From Felis catus (Eukaryota): 64,000 nucleotides of DNA. Position 1 is the first letter of the stretch. Every line of letters begins with the position of its first letter. The position numbers were made by a program, and so were the translations under genes. The stretch is taken from NCBI RefSeq assembly GCF_018350175.1, contig NC_058368.1, positions 15,998,001 through 16,062,000 of the forward strand. Reading direction: 5' to 3'. Positions 1 to 14,169 of the stretch are shown here, in pieces. Under the pieces are notes generated by a model that had not been told where the DNA came from, searched no databases, and saw nothing but the letters and a program-made list of their open reading frames with translations.

Positions 1-719
1 ACAGGGGCAAGTTTTTGGTGTTTTGATTTTATAATCTCATTCAGTAATTAATGCTTTTGGTTACATTAATTATTTGTGAGCAAATACGTAAATAGCTCAA
101 TTGATCAAAATAATTCCCATTTGTATAAAAAATACATATATATTTTTTACTTCATTGAGTTGCATTCATTCGGTTGTCTCTTCAAGACAAAGTTAATAAA
201 GTGGCTTCTTTGGTTCACTTTGCTTTTGCCAGCCTGTGCTCAGCGCATGCAAATGAGTAAGTGGCATCTGCCTGGGTTACTCATTATGTGTGTAGGAGAT
301 AACACATTGTGAGATGAAAATTATTCTATCCTCCCTCCTACCACCCCATAGGATATTCTGGCAAAAGGGTAGGGGAAAGAATTTGAAAACTTATCTTGAC
401 TCCTTATTATATAAAGGACTTATTATATACTAGTTATTATATACTAGTTACAAGAATCAGGTGCTGTGGGGTACTTCCATACTTTGGGTTGAACATAATT
501 TTTTTTTTTATAATTTTGAGTTTACCAATTTTTATCATGTGGACTTATGGGAATTCTTAAATTTTTGCTTTAATTTTCCTTATCTTTAAAGTGGGGATTA
601 TAATATAACTTTTGAGGACTGGGGTTATGATTAAAGGAGTTATACATATATGGTACTTAGAAGAGTACCTGTATGGTACTGAGAAGAGATAGTAAGTATT
701 CTGTAGATGTTGACCATTA

Positions 720-972
720 TAATGGAATACAACATGGCAGGTAAGAACCAAGGCTTTGGAGTCAAACTTGCTTGAATTTTTTTTTTTTTAGTTCTGCCTT
801 GGGCAAGATATTTAATCTCACTGGGTCATAATTCTCTCATTTGTAAAATTGGTATAATAATGGTATCAAAGTTAGAGAGTTGTTGTGATTTTAAATGAGG
901 TAGTATATACAAAACACAATAATGCTTGGAGTATGTGAGCAATCAACAAATATAAACTATTATTATTATTAT
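720..972 (+). mobile_element. MIR SINE relic
   Basis: MIR core-like motifs ggctttggagtcaaac, ttgggcaagatatttaatctc, ctcatttgtaaaattggtataataat and a (tat)n tail; heavily diverged. Confidence 0.6.
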
Positions 973-2381
973 TTGCAGCATTTGTGTTAGATTATAAATG
1001 CCACCAGAACATATAGAAGATATTTACTTAATTTAATCTGCATAGATTTTAAGAGAGACACTTTATGGATAAATGGTTCCGAATATTAAGTTTTAAATTT
1101 GGATTTAGCTGTGCTTTATTTTTTTTTTTCACTCCATCACCCAGTATTTGGGTAAGTGGTTGTATTCTTTTAACAAATATAAATAAACACACATATACTA
1201 AATATGAAACAGTTAAACAGCAAAAGCCTGTGTTAGATAGATTAGGCTCAGCTCCAAGAGAGAATGGATCCTGAACATACAAATATTTGTATCAAGAGTC
1301 AGGAAATAAATAAAAAGGAATGAACTTTATGGAATAAAGCAATGGAGAAGAGTCTCAGGGAAATTTTTTAGTACAGAAAGAGCATATTCACCTTAGTCCT
1401 TCCCTCTTCAGTGGTGTAGCACAGAAGATGTTCACAAACATTCAAATGGTTGGTGATGGGGGAAGGTTGGTGGTGTAGGAAGACACTGGGCTCACCGCGT
1501 CCTGCGGATCACTTAGATTCCACCAACACCTGCCTAAATAACCCAGAAAATCGCCAGAAGACTGGCAGAACGGATTCTCCAGAGCCAAGCATAGACAAGA
1601 GGGGCACGAAAGAGGGAAGGAAAGGCGGAGAGGCGGTGCGCGCTACACGGACTGGCGGGAGGGAGCCGGGGTGGTGGAGGGGCAGCCAGCCCACCCAACA
1701 AGGCAGAGCCCCCGAGTCTGGCTTGCAAAAGCGGAGGGGCCAGACTCTGTGAGTTCTGACAACCAGTGGGACTTAACATCTGGAAAGTTATAAATTAACA
1801 GATCTGCTCAGAGAATGGAAGGGCTGGAGGACAACGGGAGGGAAAGTTGTTGAGCCCCGGACAACAGAGCACAGCTTGGCAGGAAACAGAGGTGCTCACT
1901 AGTGCCATCTCCTTCGCCCATCCCCCAGCCAAAATCCCAAAGGAACCAGTTCCTGTCAGGAAACTTGCTTGCTCGGGGCAAACACCGAACCCTGTGCTTC
2001 TGCAGATCCGTCCCTCCGGCGGGTCTGACTACATCCTGGTGCCACAGGGCCCCTCCAGAAGTGGATCTCCAAAGGAAAAGTGAGCTGATCCTGCCCCTCC
2101 TGCCCCTGAGCACCTTGACGATCCACCCCAGCTAATACACCAGGTCCCCAGCACCACAAGCCTGGCAGTGCACAAGTAGCCCAGACTGGCCACGCCACCC
2201 CACAGTGAATCCTGCCCCTAGGAGAGGGGAAGAGAAGGCACACACCAGTCTGAGTGTGGCCCCAGTGGTGGACTGGGGACAGACATCAGGTCAGACTGTG
2301 GCCCACCCACCAATGCAAGTTATTCAAGACAGCACAGGGGAAGTGCCCTGCAGTTCTGCACCACTCCAGGGACAATCCAAA

Positions 2382-3273
2382 ATGACGAAACAGAAAAATT
2401 CCCCTCAAAAAAACCTCCAGGAAATAACGACAGCTAATGAACTGATCAAAAACGAATTGAACAATATAACAGAAAGTGAATTTAGATTAATAGTCACAAA
2501 ATTAATCGCTGGGCTTGAAAACAGTATAAAGGACAGCAGAGAATCTATTCCTACAGAGATCAAGGGACTAAGAAAGCCAGGAGGAACTAAAAAATGCTAT
2601 TAATGAGCAGCAAAATAAAATGGAGATGACCATGGCTAGGATTGAAGAGGCAGAGGAGAGAATAGGTGAACTAGAAGATAAAATTATGGAAAAAGAGGAA
2701 GCTGAGAAAAAGAGAGATAAAAAAAATCCAGGCGTTTGAGGGGAAAATTAGAGAACTAAGTGATGTACTAAAGAGAAATAATCTATGCATAATTGGTATT
2801 GCAGAGGAGGAAGAGAGAGGGAAAGGTGCTGAAGGTATACTTGAAGACATCATGGCTGAGAACTTCCCTGATCTGGGGAAGGAAAAAGGCATTGAAATCC
2901 AAGAGGCACAGAGAACTCCCTTCAGACGTAACTTGAATCGATCTTCTGCACGACATATCATAGTGAAACTGGCAAAATACAGGGATAAAGAGAAAATTCT
3001 GAAAGCAGCTAGGGATAAACGTGCTCTAACATATCAAGGGAGACCTATAAGACTCGTGACGGATCTCTCTACTGAAACTTGGCAGGCCAGAAAGGAATGG
3101 CAGGAAATCTTCAATGTGATGAACAGAAAAATAATCAGCCGAGATTCCTCTATCCAGGAAATCTGTCATTTAGAATAGAAGGAGAGATAAAGGTCTTCCC
3201 AAACAAACAAAAACTGTAGGAATTCATCACCACTAAACCAGCCCTACAAGAGATCCTAAGGGGGATCCTGTGA
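2382..3273 (+). pseudogene. L1 ORF1p (RNA-binding chaperone), disrupted
   Basis: MTKQKNSPQK...MAENFPDLGKE...RHIIVKLAK...ALQEILRGIL*; frameshifts near 2575, 2720 and 3130; in-frame TAG at 3217-3219. Confidence 0.95.
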
Positions 3274-3323
3274 GACAAAGTACCAGAGACATCGCTACAA
3301 GCATGAAACCTACAGACATCACA

Positions 3324-6300
3324 ATGACTCTAAACCCATATCTTTCTATAATAACACTGAATGTAAATGGACTAAATGCGCCAACCAAAAGACATAGGGT
3401 ATCAGAATGGATAAAAAAAACAAGATCCATCTATTTGCTGTCTACAAGAGGCTCATTTTAGACCTGAGGACACTTTCAGATTGAAAGTGAGGGGGTGGAG
3501 AACTATTTATCATGCTACTGGAAGACAAAAGAAAGCTGGAGTAGCCATACTTATATCAGACAAACTAGACTTTAAATTAAAGGCTGTAACAAGAGATGAA
3601 GAAGGGAATTATATAATAATTACAGGGTCTATCCATCAAGAAGAGCTAACAATTATCAACGTCTATGTGCCGAATACAGGAGCCCCCAAATATATAAAAC
3701 AATTACTCACAAACATAAGCAACCTTATTGACAAGAATGTGGTAATTGCAGGGGACTTTAATACCCCACTTACAACAATGGATAGATCATCTAGACACAT
3801 GGTCAATAAAGAAACAAGGGCCCTGAATGACACATTGGATCAGATGGACTTGACAGATATATTTAGAACTCTGCATCCCAAAGCAACAGAATATACTTTC
3901 TTCTCGAGTGCACATGGAACATTCTCTAAGATAGATCACATTCTGGGTCACAAAACAGCCCTTCATAAGTATACAAGAATTGAGATCATACCATGCATAC
4001 TTTCAGACCACAATGCTATGAAGCTTGAAATCAACCACAGGAAAGTCTGGAAAACCTCCAAAAGCATGGAGGTTAAAGAACACCCTACTAAAGAATGAAT
4101 GGGTCAACCAGGCAATTAGAGAAGAAATTAAAAAATATATGGAAACAAATGAAAATGAAAATACAATAACCCAAACACCTTGGGATTCAGCGAAGGCAGT
4201 CCTGAGAGGAAAATACATTGCAATCCAGGCCTATCTCAAGAAACAAGAAAAATCCCAAGTCAAAATCTAACAGCCCACCTAAAGGAAATAGAAGCAGAGC
4301 AGCAAAGACACTCCAAACCGAGAAGAAGAAGAGAAATAATAAAGATCAGAGCAGAAATAAACAATATAGAATCTAAAAAAACTGTAGAGCAGATCAACAA
4401 AACCAAGAGTTGGTTTTTTGAAAAAATAAACAAAATTGACAAACTTCTAGCCAGGCTTCTCAAAAAGAAAAGGGAGATGACCCAAATAGATAAAATCATG
4501 AATGAAAATGGAATTATTACAACCAACCCCTCAGAAATACAAGCAATTATCAGGGAATACTATGAAAAATTATATGCCAACAAACTGGACAACCTGGAAG
4601 AAATGGACAAATTCCTAAACACCCACACACTTCCAAAACTGAAACAGGAAGAAATAGAAAGCTTGAACAGACCCATAACCAGCGAAGAAATTGAATCAGT
4701 TATCAAAAATCTCCCAACAAATAAGAGTCCAGGACCAGATGGCTTCCCTGGGGAATTCTACCAGACGTTTAAAGCAGAGATAATACCTATCCTTCTCAAG
4801 GTATTCCAAAAAATAGAAAGGGAAGGAAAACTTCCAGACTCATTCTATGAAGCCAGTATTACTTTGATTCCTAAACCAGACAGAGACCCGGTAAAAAAAG
4901 AACTACAGTACAATATCCCTGATGAATATGGATGCAAAAATTCTCAATAAGATACTAGCAAATCGAATTCAACGGCATATAAAAAGAATTATTCACCATG
5001 ATCAAGTGGGGTTCATTCCTGGCATACAGGGCTGGTTCAACATTCACAAATCAATCAACGTGATACATCACATTAATAAAAGAAAAGAGAAGAACCATAT
5101 GATCCTGTCAATCAATGCAGAAAAAGCATTTGACAAAATTCAGCATACTTTCTTAATAAAAATCCTCGAGAAAGTCGGGATAGAAGGAACATACTTAAAG
5201 ATCATAAAAGCCATTTATGAAAAGCCCACAGCTAATATCCTCCTCAATGGGGAAAAACTGAGAGCTTATCCCCAGAGATCAGGAACACGACAGGGATGTC
5301 CACTCTCACCACTGTTGTTTAACATAGTGTTGGAAGTTCTAGCACCAGCAATCAGACAACAAAAGGAAATCAAAGGCATCAAAATTGGCAAAGATGAAGT
5401 CAAGCTTTTACTTTTTGCAGATGACATGATACTATACATGGAAAATCCGAAAGACTCCACAAAAGTCTGCTAGAACTGATACATGAATTCAGCAAAGTTG
5501 CAGGATACAAAAATCAATGTACAGAAATCAGTTGCATTCTTATACACTAATAATGAAGCAACAGAAAGAGAAATAAAGAAACCAATCCCATTCACAATTG
5601 CACCAAGAAGCATAAAATACCTAGGAATAAATCTAACCAAAGATGTACAAGATCTGTATGCTGAAAACTCTAGAAAGCTTATGAAGGAAATTGAAGAAGA
5701 TATAACGAAATGGAAAAACATTCCGTGCTCATGGGTTGGAAGAATAAATATTGTCAAAATGTCAATACTACCCAAAGCCATCTACACATTCAATGCAATC
5801 CCAATCAAAATTGCACCAGCATTCTTCTTGAAGCTAGAACAAGCAATCCTAAAATTTATATGGAACCACAAAAGGCCCCGAATAGCCAAAGTAATTTTGA
5901 AGAAGACCAAAGCGGGAGGCCTCACAATCCCAGACTTTAGCCTCTACTACAAAGCTGTAATCATCAAGACAGCATGGTATTGGCACAAAAACAGACACAT
6001 AGACCAATGGAATAGAATAGAAACCCCAGAACTAGACCCACAAAAGTATGGCCAACTAATCTTTGACAAAGCAGGAAAGAATATCCAATGGAAAAAAGAC
6101 AGTGTCTTTGACAAATGGTGCTGGGAGAACTGGACAGCAACATGCAGAAGAATGAAAGTAGACCACTTTCTTACACCATTCACAAAAAGAAACTCAAAAT
6201 GGATAAAGGACCTGAATGTGAGACAGGAAACCATCAAAATCCTAGAGGAGAAAGCAGGAAAAGACCTTTCTGACCTTAGCCGCAGCAATTTCTTACTTGA

Positions 6301-7141
6301 CACATCCCCAAAGGCAAGGGAATTAAAAGCAAAAATGAACTATTGGGACCTCATGAAGATAAAAAGCTTCTGCACAGCAAAGGAAACAATCAACAAAACT
6401 AAAAGGCAACCAACAGAATGGGAAAAGATATTTGCAAATGACATATCGGACAAAGGGCTAGTATCCAAAATCTATAAAGAGCTCACCAAACTCCACGCCC
6501 GAAAAACAAATAACCCAGTGAAGAAATGGGCAGAAAACATGAATAGACACTTCTCTAAAGAAGACATCCGCATGGTCAACAGGCACATGAAAAGATGCTC
6601 AACATTGCTCCTCATCAGGGAAATACAAATCAAAACCACACTCAGATATCACCTCACGCCAGTCAGAGTGGCCAAAATGAACATATCAGGAGACTATAGA
6701 TGCTGGAGAGGATGTGGAGAAATGGGAACCCTCTTGCACTGTTGGTGGGAGTGCAAACTGGTACAGCCACTCTGGAAAACAGTGTGGAGGTTCTTCAAAA
6801 AATTAAAAATAGACCTACCCTATGACCCAGCAATAGCACTGCTAGGAATTTACCCAAGGGATACAGGAATACTGATGCATAGGGGCACTTGTACCCCAAT
6901 GTTTATAGGAGCACTCTCAACAATAGCCAAATTGTGGGAAAAGCCTAAATGTTCATCAACTGATGAATAGATAAAGAAATTGTGGTTTCTATACACAATG
7001 GAATACTACATGGCAATGAGAAAGAATGAAATATGGCCCTTTGCAGCAACGTGGATGGAACTGGCAAATGTGATGCTAAGTGAAATAAGCCATACAGAGA
7101 AAGACAGATACCATATGTTTTCACTCTTATATGGATCCTGA
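3324..7141 (+). pseudogene. L1 ORF2p (APE endonuclease + reverse transcriptase + Cys-rich domain), disrupted
   Basis: ITLNVNGLN, GDFN and SDH endonuclease motifs; QGCPLSP and FADD RT motifs; HCWWEC; split across ORFs 3481-4098, 4180-4950, 4922-5473 and 5483-6970. Confidence 0.97.
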
Positions 7142-7729
7142 GAAACTTAGCAGGAACCCATGGGGGAGGGGAAGGAAAAAAAAAGAGGTTAGAGTGGGAG
7201 AGAGCCAAAGCATAAGAGACTCTTAAAAACTGAGAACAAACTGAGGGTTGATGGGGGGTGGGAGGGAGGGGTGGGTAGGTGATGCGCATTGAAGAGGGCA
7301 TCTTTTGGGATGAGCACTGGGTGTTGTATGGAAACCAATTTGACAATAAATTTCATATATTAAAAAAAAATAGTTGGTGATGGAGAGACCTAACTTCTGT
7401 AGTTTCTGGGTTGTGCATATTAGTGCAAACACAGCTCTAAAGAGAAAAATGAAGTACTAACATAAAAGTGATAGACATACAGTTGATGCTCTACATGTAG
7501 ATTAGGCACTAAACCCATACTTTGTTAACTGAACTTTCAGCAATTGCAGACATTGATTTTTGTTTGCAATGGTATACAGCATTGGTGTCAGGAACATAAC
7601 CTGCCTGTTGTGAATTAGCTTAGTGAAAGCAAATCTCCTAAAACCCAGAATAGTTCATGCAGGCTAAATACTGCATCAATGACATCAGAAGAGCAGGTTA
7701 GTGATATCACCCAAATTATTCATAACCAA

Positions 7730-7990
7730 TGGTTTTATCATCTTCACTGGGTACTTACTACGTACCAGGTACTGTGCCAAGTGCTTTAGACATATAATTT
7801 AATCTTCATTTCAACCTTTTAGACACTATTATTGTCAACTGCATTTTATAGTGGTATAGTTTTTTCATTGTTGTTTAAAGGTTAGAAATGGTTGAACTGG
7901 GGTGAAAGACTTTTTGAGTTAGACTTTTTGAGTCCAGAATCCATGTTTAATTGTTGTTCCATACTTCATACAATCCATTATAGAAGAGGA
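7730..7990 (-). mobile_element. MIR SINE relic
   Basis: ccaggtactgtgccaagtgcttta...tttaatcttca...attattgtcaactgcattttatag resembles antisense MIR. Confidence 0.5.
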
Positions 7991-10900
7991 GTTCACAGTT
8001 CAAGGCAACAACAACAACAGCAGCAATCCTACCCTGTGGTTATAGCCATTTTTAAGTTAATGCTAATGAGATACTTAGAGTTAATGATGCAGGCTAAATT
8101 CATTGTGGTTATTTCAAGGTCCTGAGTTAAAAACACTGCCCAGGTGAACAGGTAGGACTAGCGGCTCTCTGGCCTGAGACTGCGGTCCCATTTGAGGTAA
8201 ATGGTGGACTAGTAGATCAGCTGGGGATTTATCAGGGGTTCCCAGGAAGTGAAACAATCCTAGGGTTTGATAAGCTCTCCACATATCTCAGTTTAACCAG
8301 TGCCTATGTTCATGTGCAGCAGAGACAGAAATGGGCCCAAGCCTTCCATACATTCCTGGCTAATGGAATGTCACATGCTTAGGGAAGACTCAAAAGAACT
8401 TGGTAGAAAGTAAAAGCTGGAGCAGGTTTGAAACTGGCCTGAACTTTGAATGTACTCTAGGCCACACACAGATCCATCAGAAGAGCAGAAAGCCTTATTA
8501 GACTGAGGTCCTTGAGCACAATCTGTGAAAAGTCTTTGCATGAACAGTAAGCTATATGTATACTCAGTGATTCCTGGGAAACCAGGCTTAAAAATAAAAG
8601 CAAGAAAAAAAATAGTGGAGACATGAGACACACTTCACAGACTTAGTTCAGGTTAGTTATCAAAGAATCAACAATAACAACTCTCCGAGAGTAAAATAAC
8701 AATCTAGAGTTGGTATGGTATATTATGTAAAATTTCAAGTACTCAATAAGAGATTAGAAGACATGCAAGAAAACCATAAATTATGTCCCATACTTAGCAA
8801 AATAAATAGTGGTGTGAAACTCCATTTAACTTACAAAGACTTTAAGCAACTATCATAATAATGTTTAGTGACCTAAAAAAATCATGTCTATAGAATAAAA
8901 AAAGTATAATAAGAATGATTTAACAAAATATGAAGAGATAGAAATTATAAAAAAAAGAACCAAATGGAAATCCTACCATTGAAAAGTATACTAAGTGAAT
9001 TGAAAACCTTACTAATGGCATTCAGTAGCAGATTTGATATAGCAGAAAAGAGAATTTGTGAACTTGAACATAGATCAATAGAGGCTATCCATTCTGAAGA
9101 CAGAAAAATAATTGAAGAAAATGAACAGAGCTTCAGAGAACCATGGAACGACATAAAGCATACTAAATTATGGTAGCCTTAAGAAGAGAGGAGATAACGA
9201 GGCAGAAATAACATTTGAAGAAATAATGGCTGCAGATTTTCCATATTCACAGAGTCAAGAAGTGCAACAGAACCCAACAGAACCAAGAAAACTAAACATA
9301 GTTATAGACCTAAACACATCATAGTCAACCTGTTGAGAAACAAAGAGAACATTTTGAAAGAAGCAAGAGACAATGTTTCATCAAGTACAAGATAACAAGT
9401 AAAAATTAATGGCTGACTTCACATTAAAAGCAATAAAAGTCAGAAGGTAGTAGGATGCCATATTCAAAGTGTTGAAGCAAAAATCTGTCAAGATAATTTT
9501 GTAGCAATGTAGCAATATTGTTCTTCAAAATTTGGACACAATAAAGAAAACCAAAATAAACAAAAATGGAAGGAATTAGTTGTCAACATATATGTCTTAC
9601 AAGAAGTACTAAAGGATGTAAGTTTTAGTCTAGAAGGACGTGACACCAAATAGTAACTCAAATCCACTTAAAAAATGAGAAATGATAGAAATGACAAGTG
9701 GATAAATACAAGATTCTATTAATATATTTATTTCATTTCTCTTTAAAGATTCTTCAAAGGACAAAACTCTATAAAGCAGTACTTATAACACTGTAATGGT
9801 GAGTTTTAACATAGTATAGGTGTTAGATATAATAATAACACTAAGGAGTAGAGGAGAAAAGGAGATATATTGGAAAAAAGTTTGTATATTTTGCCATAGT
9901 TGTTAGTGTTATTCTGAAAAAGATTGTGAAAAGGTAATCATAATAACTAAGAAAATAACTAAAAAATATGGGAAAAAATTAACAGAGGAATTAAAATAGT
10001 ACACACACAGACACAATACAAAGTTAGACACTAAACAAAATATATTGAATCAAAAAGACATGAGACATGTAGAAAATAAAAAGAAAAATACAGACATATA
10101 TCCTAACATATCAATATTATTTTAATGTGAATGGACAAACACACCATTCAAAAGACAATGATTGTCAGACTAAATAAAAATACAATACACAACCATAAGC
10201 TGTCAATAAGAGACACATCTTAAATTCAAAGACATGGATATGTTGGAAATAAAAGAATGGAAAGTTACACTATGCAAGCAAATAACCATATGAAAGCTAG
10301 TCATTATATTAATATAGCAAATAGACTTTATGATGAGAAATATTACTAAAGAAAAAGGATATTTTGTAATGATGATGGAAGGAAGATGTAAATGCACCTA
10401 ACAACAGAACTCTAAATACATGAAGCAAAATGTGACAAAAGTGAAAAGAAAGACATTTAACAAACGTAACTGGAGATGTAAATACTTTACTTTTAATAAT
10501 TGATAGGACCATTAGACAGGAAATCACCAAGCTTAAAGAAGACTTGAGCAACACAAACAGCTCTACTGACACATCCACCCAATGACTACAGAGTACACAT
10601 TCTTTTCTAGTGCATATGTGACACTCTCCAGGGTAGGCCATTTAGTGGCCACAAAACAAGTCTAAATTTTAAAATATTGAAATTGTAAGTATATTCTCTG
10701 ACCATTGTGGAATTTGATTAGATCTCCATATAGAAAAAAAATCTTAGAAACTTCCATATATTTCAAAATTAAACACACTTTTACATAACTCAGGGGTGAA
10801 AGAGGAAATGATAGTGAAAATGAATGAACTGGATAGAAATAATACAACATATCAAAATTGAGAGGATGTAGTTAAAACAATGTTTAGAGAAAAAATTAAA

Positions 10901-11119
10901 ATTCCAAATACCTATATTAGAAAAAAAGAAAGGTCTTAAATAATCCAAACTTTCACCTTAATTTTAAAGATATTCAAACTAAATATAGCATATGGAAAAA
11001 TAATATGGAATGTAGAGAGATACAGAAGTAAAAAAATATAGAATATAGAAATATCAAAAAAGGAAAACTAACTATCCCCAAGTAAACAGAAGGAATGAAA
11101 TAATAAAGATTATTGTGGA

Positions 11120-11329
11120 GAGGTGCCTGGGTGGCTCAGTCAGTTAAGTGTGCAATTTTGACTCAGATCATGAATTCACGGTTTTTGACTTTGAGCCCCA
11201 CATTGGGCTATGCGCTGACAGCCGAGAGCCTGGAGACTGCTTTCAGATTCTGTGTCTCCCTCTCTCTCTGTCCTTCCCCTGCTTGTTCTCTTTCTCTCAA
11301 AAATAAATGAATAAATAAACTTAAAAAAA
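11120..11329 (+). mobile_element. Carnivore SINE (SINEC)
   Basis: ggtgcctgggtggctcagtcagttaag head, (CT)n region, A-tail, short TSD attgtgga. Confidence 0.95.
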
Positions 11330-12191
11330 CATTGTGGAAATCAATGAAATAGAAAACAGAGCAATAAAGAAAAGTAGTGAGGCTAAATGTTGGTTCTTTG
11401 AAAAGACCAACAAAATTGAAAAGCCTTTTAGATAGAATTACAAAGAAAGAAAGCAGACTTAAAATACCAACCAAAGTCATGAATGAAAGATATGACAACA
11501 CTATTAATTCTACAAAAATTTAAAAAGATTTTAAGGGAATATTATAAAAAACACTACCAACAAGTTATCTTAGATGAAACACAAATTTCTAAAAAAATAC
11601 AAATTACTGGGATGGAGTCTATAAGAGATAAAATATGATTAGATCTATAAGAAGTATAGGTATTGAATTAGTTATTAAAAATATTTTCATAAAGAAATGT
11701 CCAGGCCTAAACTGGCTTTATTAGTTAATTTTATCAACTATTTAAATAAATGATATCAAATATATAAGCTTTCTCAAAAAACAGTAGAGGAAGGAACAGT
11801 TTCCAAGTCATTCTCAAGTCACTATTACCCTGATACCAGAACCAGACAAAGGAAGCAAAATAAAACTGCAGACCAAGATCCTTCATGGATATAAATATAA
11901 AAATTCTTGAAAAGGCATTAACTAATCTAATATAGCAAACTACAAATGAATTAATACACCTGGGTTTTAGTATAGGATTTATTCCATGAATGAAAAATTG
12001 GTTTAATATTTGAACATCCATTAAGGAGAAAAAAACTTATATGATCACGTTAATGGACCCAGAAAAAGCATTTCACAAAATCCAACATCCATCCATGATT
12101 TAAAAAAAAACATGTACAAAAAACTAAAAGTCTGGGTATAGAAGGAAACTTCCTTTCTCTGTTAAAGGCACTTAATGAAAAATCTATTACC

Positions 12192-12670
12192 AGAGCCAGT
12201 TTTGTGGGCATGGACTTTTGCAGTCACACAATCTGTGTTTAGGAGGGCCCTGAAGTCATCTACTTGAAAGTCTTAATATTTTATCTTTGAGCCTGTGTGT
12301 TTTGTAAGTTAAGTCCAATGGGACACTGAAACATTCATGCGAGCAGATCTTGTGCAAGTATGCCCACTGTTTCTGACTGCCCTATTTACATAGAATTTGT
12401 GCAATGCTCCCATTAACATAGAATTCTTGTGGACTTACAGGCAGTTCAGTGAGAGTCAAAGCAAGTGCAAGATAAACGCATTTTGTTACATCTGCAAAGA
12501 GTAAATGGATTCTTACAACCCTGAGAGGCCATGCTTTCCATTTGAATTAGTACTTGGAAAAACAGAAAGAAGACAATGGCATTCTAATAAACACAAACAA
12601 CCAAGGAATTGTATCTTTTCTTACTTGTGTTACTTCCAAACATTTATGCTGAATAGGATGACATAGAAGG
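12192..12670 (+). mobile_element. hAT-Tip100 DNA transposon fragment (MER45B/Zaphod-like), right end missing
   Basis: cagagccagttttgtgggcatg start, then ttgtaagttaagtccaatgggaca and agaaagaagacaatggcattctaa, matching recalled MER45B consensus. Confidence 0.7.
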
Positions 12671-13237
12671 AACTTTTAGAAGAAAACGTGGGAGAAAATC
12701 TTTGTGCCCTTGGATTAGGTGGAGATTTTTCTTAGATAAGAGATCAAAAGTGTAAGCCATAAATATAAAATTTAATAAATTGCATTTTATCAAAATTAAA
12801 ACTTTTATGCTTCAAAATATATCATTGAGAAAATCTAGAAAAGTCATAGACTGGGAGAAAATATTTGTGAGTCATATATTTGACAAAGGACTTGCATGAG
12901 AATGTATGAAGGATTCTTAGAAGTAAAGAATAAACAGATAAACCAATTGCAAAATGGGCAAAGACTTGAATAGACATCGCACTAACAAATACATATGAAT
13001 GCCTGAGAAGCACATGAAAAGATGCTAACATCATTAGTTGTTAGGGAAATGCAAATCAAAGCCATAATGAAGTTCACACCCAATAGTATGGATAAAAAAA
13101 AGGCAGGGGATGATTCCAAGTGTGGGGGAGGGGGGTTGGTGTGGAAAAACTTGAATCTTCATGTTTTTTATGGGAATGTAAAAATGGTACAGCCTCTTTG
13201 GAAAAGTTTGGTAGTTTCTTAAATAGTTACAAATGTA

Positions 13238-13455
13238 GGGGCGCCTGGGTGGCTCAGTCGGTTAAGCGTCAGACTTCAGCTCAGGTCACGATCTCGCGGT
13301 CAGTGAGTTCGAACCCCGCCTCGGGCTCTGGGCTGATGGCTCAGAGCCTGGAGCCTGTTTCTGATTCTGTGTCTCCCTCTCTCTCTGCCCCTCCCCCGTT
13401 CATGCTCTGTCTCTCTGTCTCAAAAATAAATAAAACGTTAAAAAAAATTAAAAAA
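13238..13455 (+). mobile_element. SINEC_Fc-type SINE
   Basis: ggggcgcctgggtggctcagtcggttaagcgt head; TSD aaata(g/t)ttacaaatgta at 13221-13237 and 13456-13472. Confidence 0.97.
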
Positions 13456-14169
13456 AAATATTTACAAATGTAAACTTACCAGGTGACCCAGCAATTCCAC
13501 TTCATTTCTATACTCAAGATAAATGAAGACTTATTGGCCCACAAAGATGTGTATGCAAATGTTCATAGCAGCATTAGTCATAAAAGAGAAAAACTGGAAA
13601 CAATTCCAATGTCCATCAACTAAAGACTGAATAAACAAAATGTGCCTTATCCTTACAATAGAGTGGTATTTATCAATTAAAAGGAATGAAATACTGATAT
13701 ATGCTACATGAATAAACCTTCAAAAATGGTAAGAAAAAGAAGGCACATGCAAAACACTGAACATTGTAAGACTCCATTTATATGAAGTGTGCAGAAAAAG
13801 AAAATTTATTGTCATAGAAAGCAGATCAGTGGTTACCTGTGTCTAGGATGGGAGCACAGAATAACGGTAAATGGACTTGGAGAGAATTTTTTCAAATGAT
13901 GAAGATGTTCTAAAATTGGATTGTGTAGTTGATTGTATAACTCCATAATTTTGCTAAATAAATTTACTAAAAATTACTGAATTGTGCACTTACAATGGGT
14001 AAATTACTTGACATGTAAATTATTTATTATTAAACCTATTAAAAAACACTGCCACCAACACAAAATGCCAAATACTATTGAGTAACCCCAACTGATGGAC
14101 TGAGTTACATGCATTTACTATTTTTATAATCCAATTAGGAAAATACAGAAAACTCTGTTTTTAAGAAAC

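Larger units (their letters stand above)
1460..7370 (+). mobile_element. Full-length young LINE-1 (L1_Fc-like), copy A, non-functional
   Basis: GC-rich 5'UTR ~1460-2381, ORF1, ORF2, G-rich 3'UTR, AATAAA 7345-7350, A-tail 7362-7370; TSD aaat(g/a)gttggtgatgg at 1444-1459 and 7368-7383. Confidence 0.97.
8600..14046 (+). mobile_element. Ancient degenerate LINE-1 (L1MB/L1MC-like), interrupted by two SINEs and MER45B
   Basis: ORF1-like peptide 8964-9176 (SRFDIAEKRICELEHRSIE), decayed ORF2 pieces ~10120-13700, L1M-type 3'UTR ending attaaacctattaaaaaa; left boundary approximate. Confidence 0.85.

Noticed and set aside
76..312. Short ORF and octamer ATGCAAAT (247-254)
   Set aside because: No recognisable protein similarity or splice context; a single 8-mer is expected by chance.
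404..449. Short tandem ttattatatactag repeats
   Set aside because: Ordinary AT-rich slippage; no spacers or cas genes, so not CRISPR-like.
1450..2243. Overlapping sense and antisense ORFs in the L1 5'UTR (possible ORF0 analogue)
   Set aside because: GC-rich sequence yields ORFs by chance, and frames and boundaries are not preserved in copy B.
7244..7280. G-quadruplex-forming G-tracts
   Set aside because: Known standard feature of L1 3'UTRs.
7541..7696. Possible AG...GT-bounded exon
   Set aside because: Stops in all three frames.
7892..8125. ORF with polyglutamine run
   Set aside because: Produced by a (CAA/CAG) microsatellite at ~8006-8026 next to a MIR relic.
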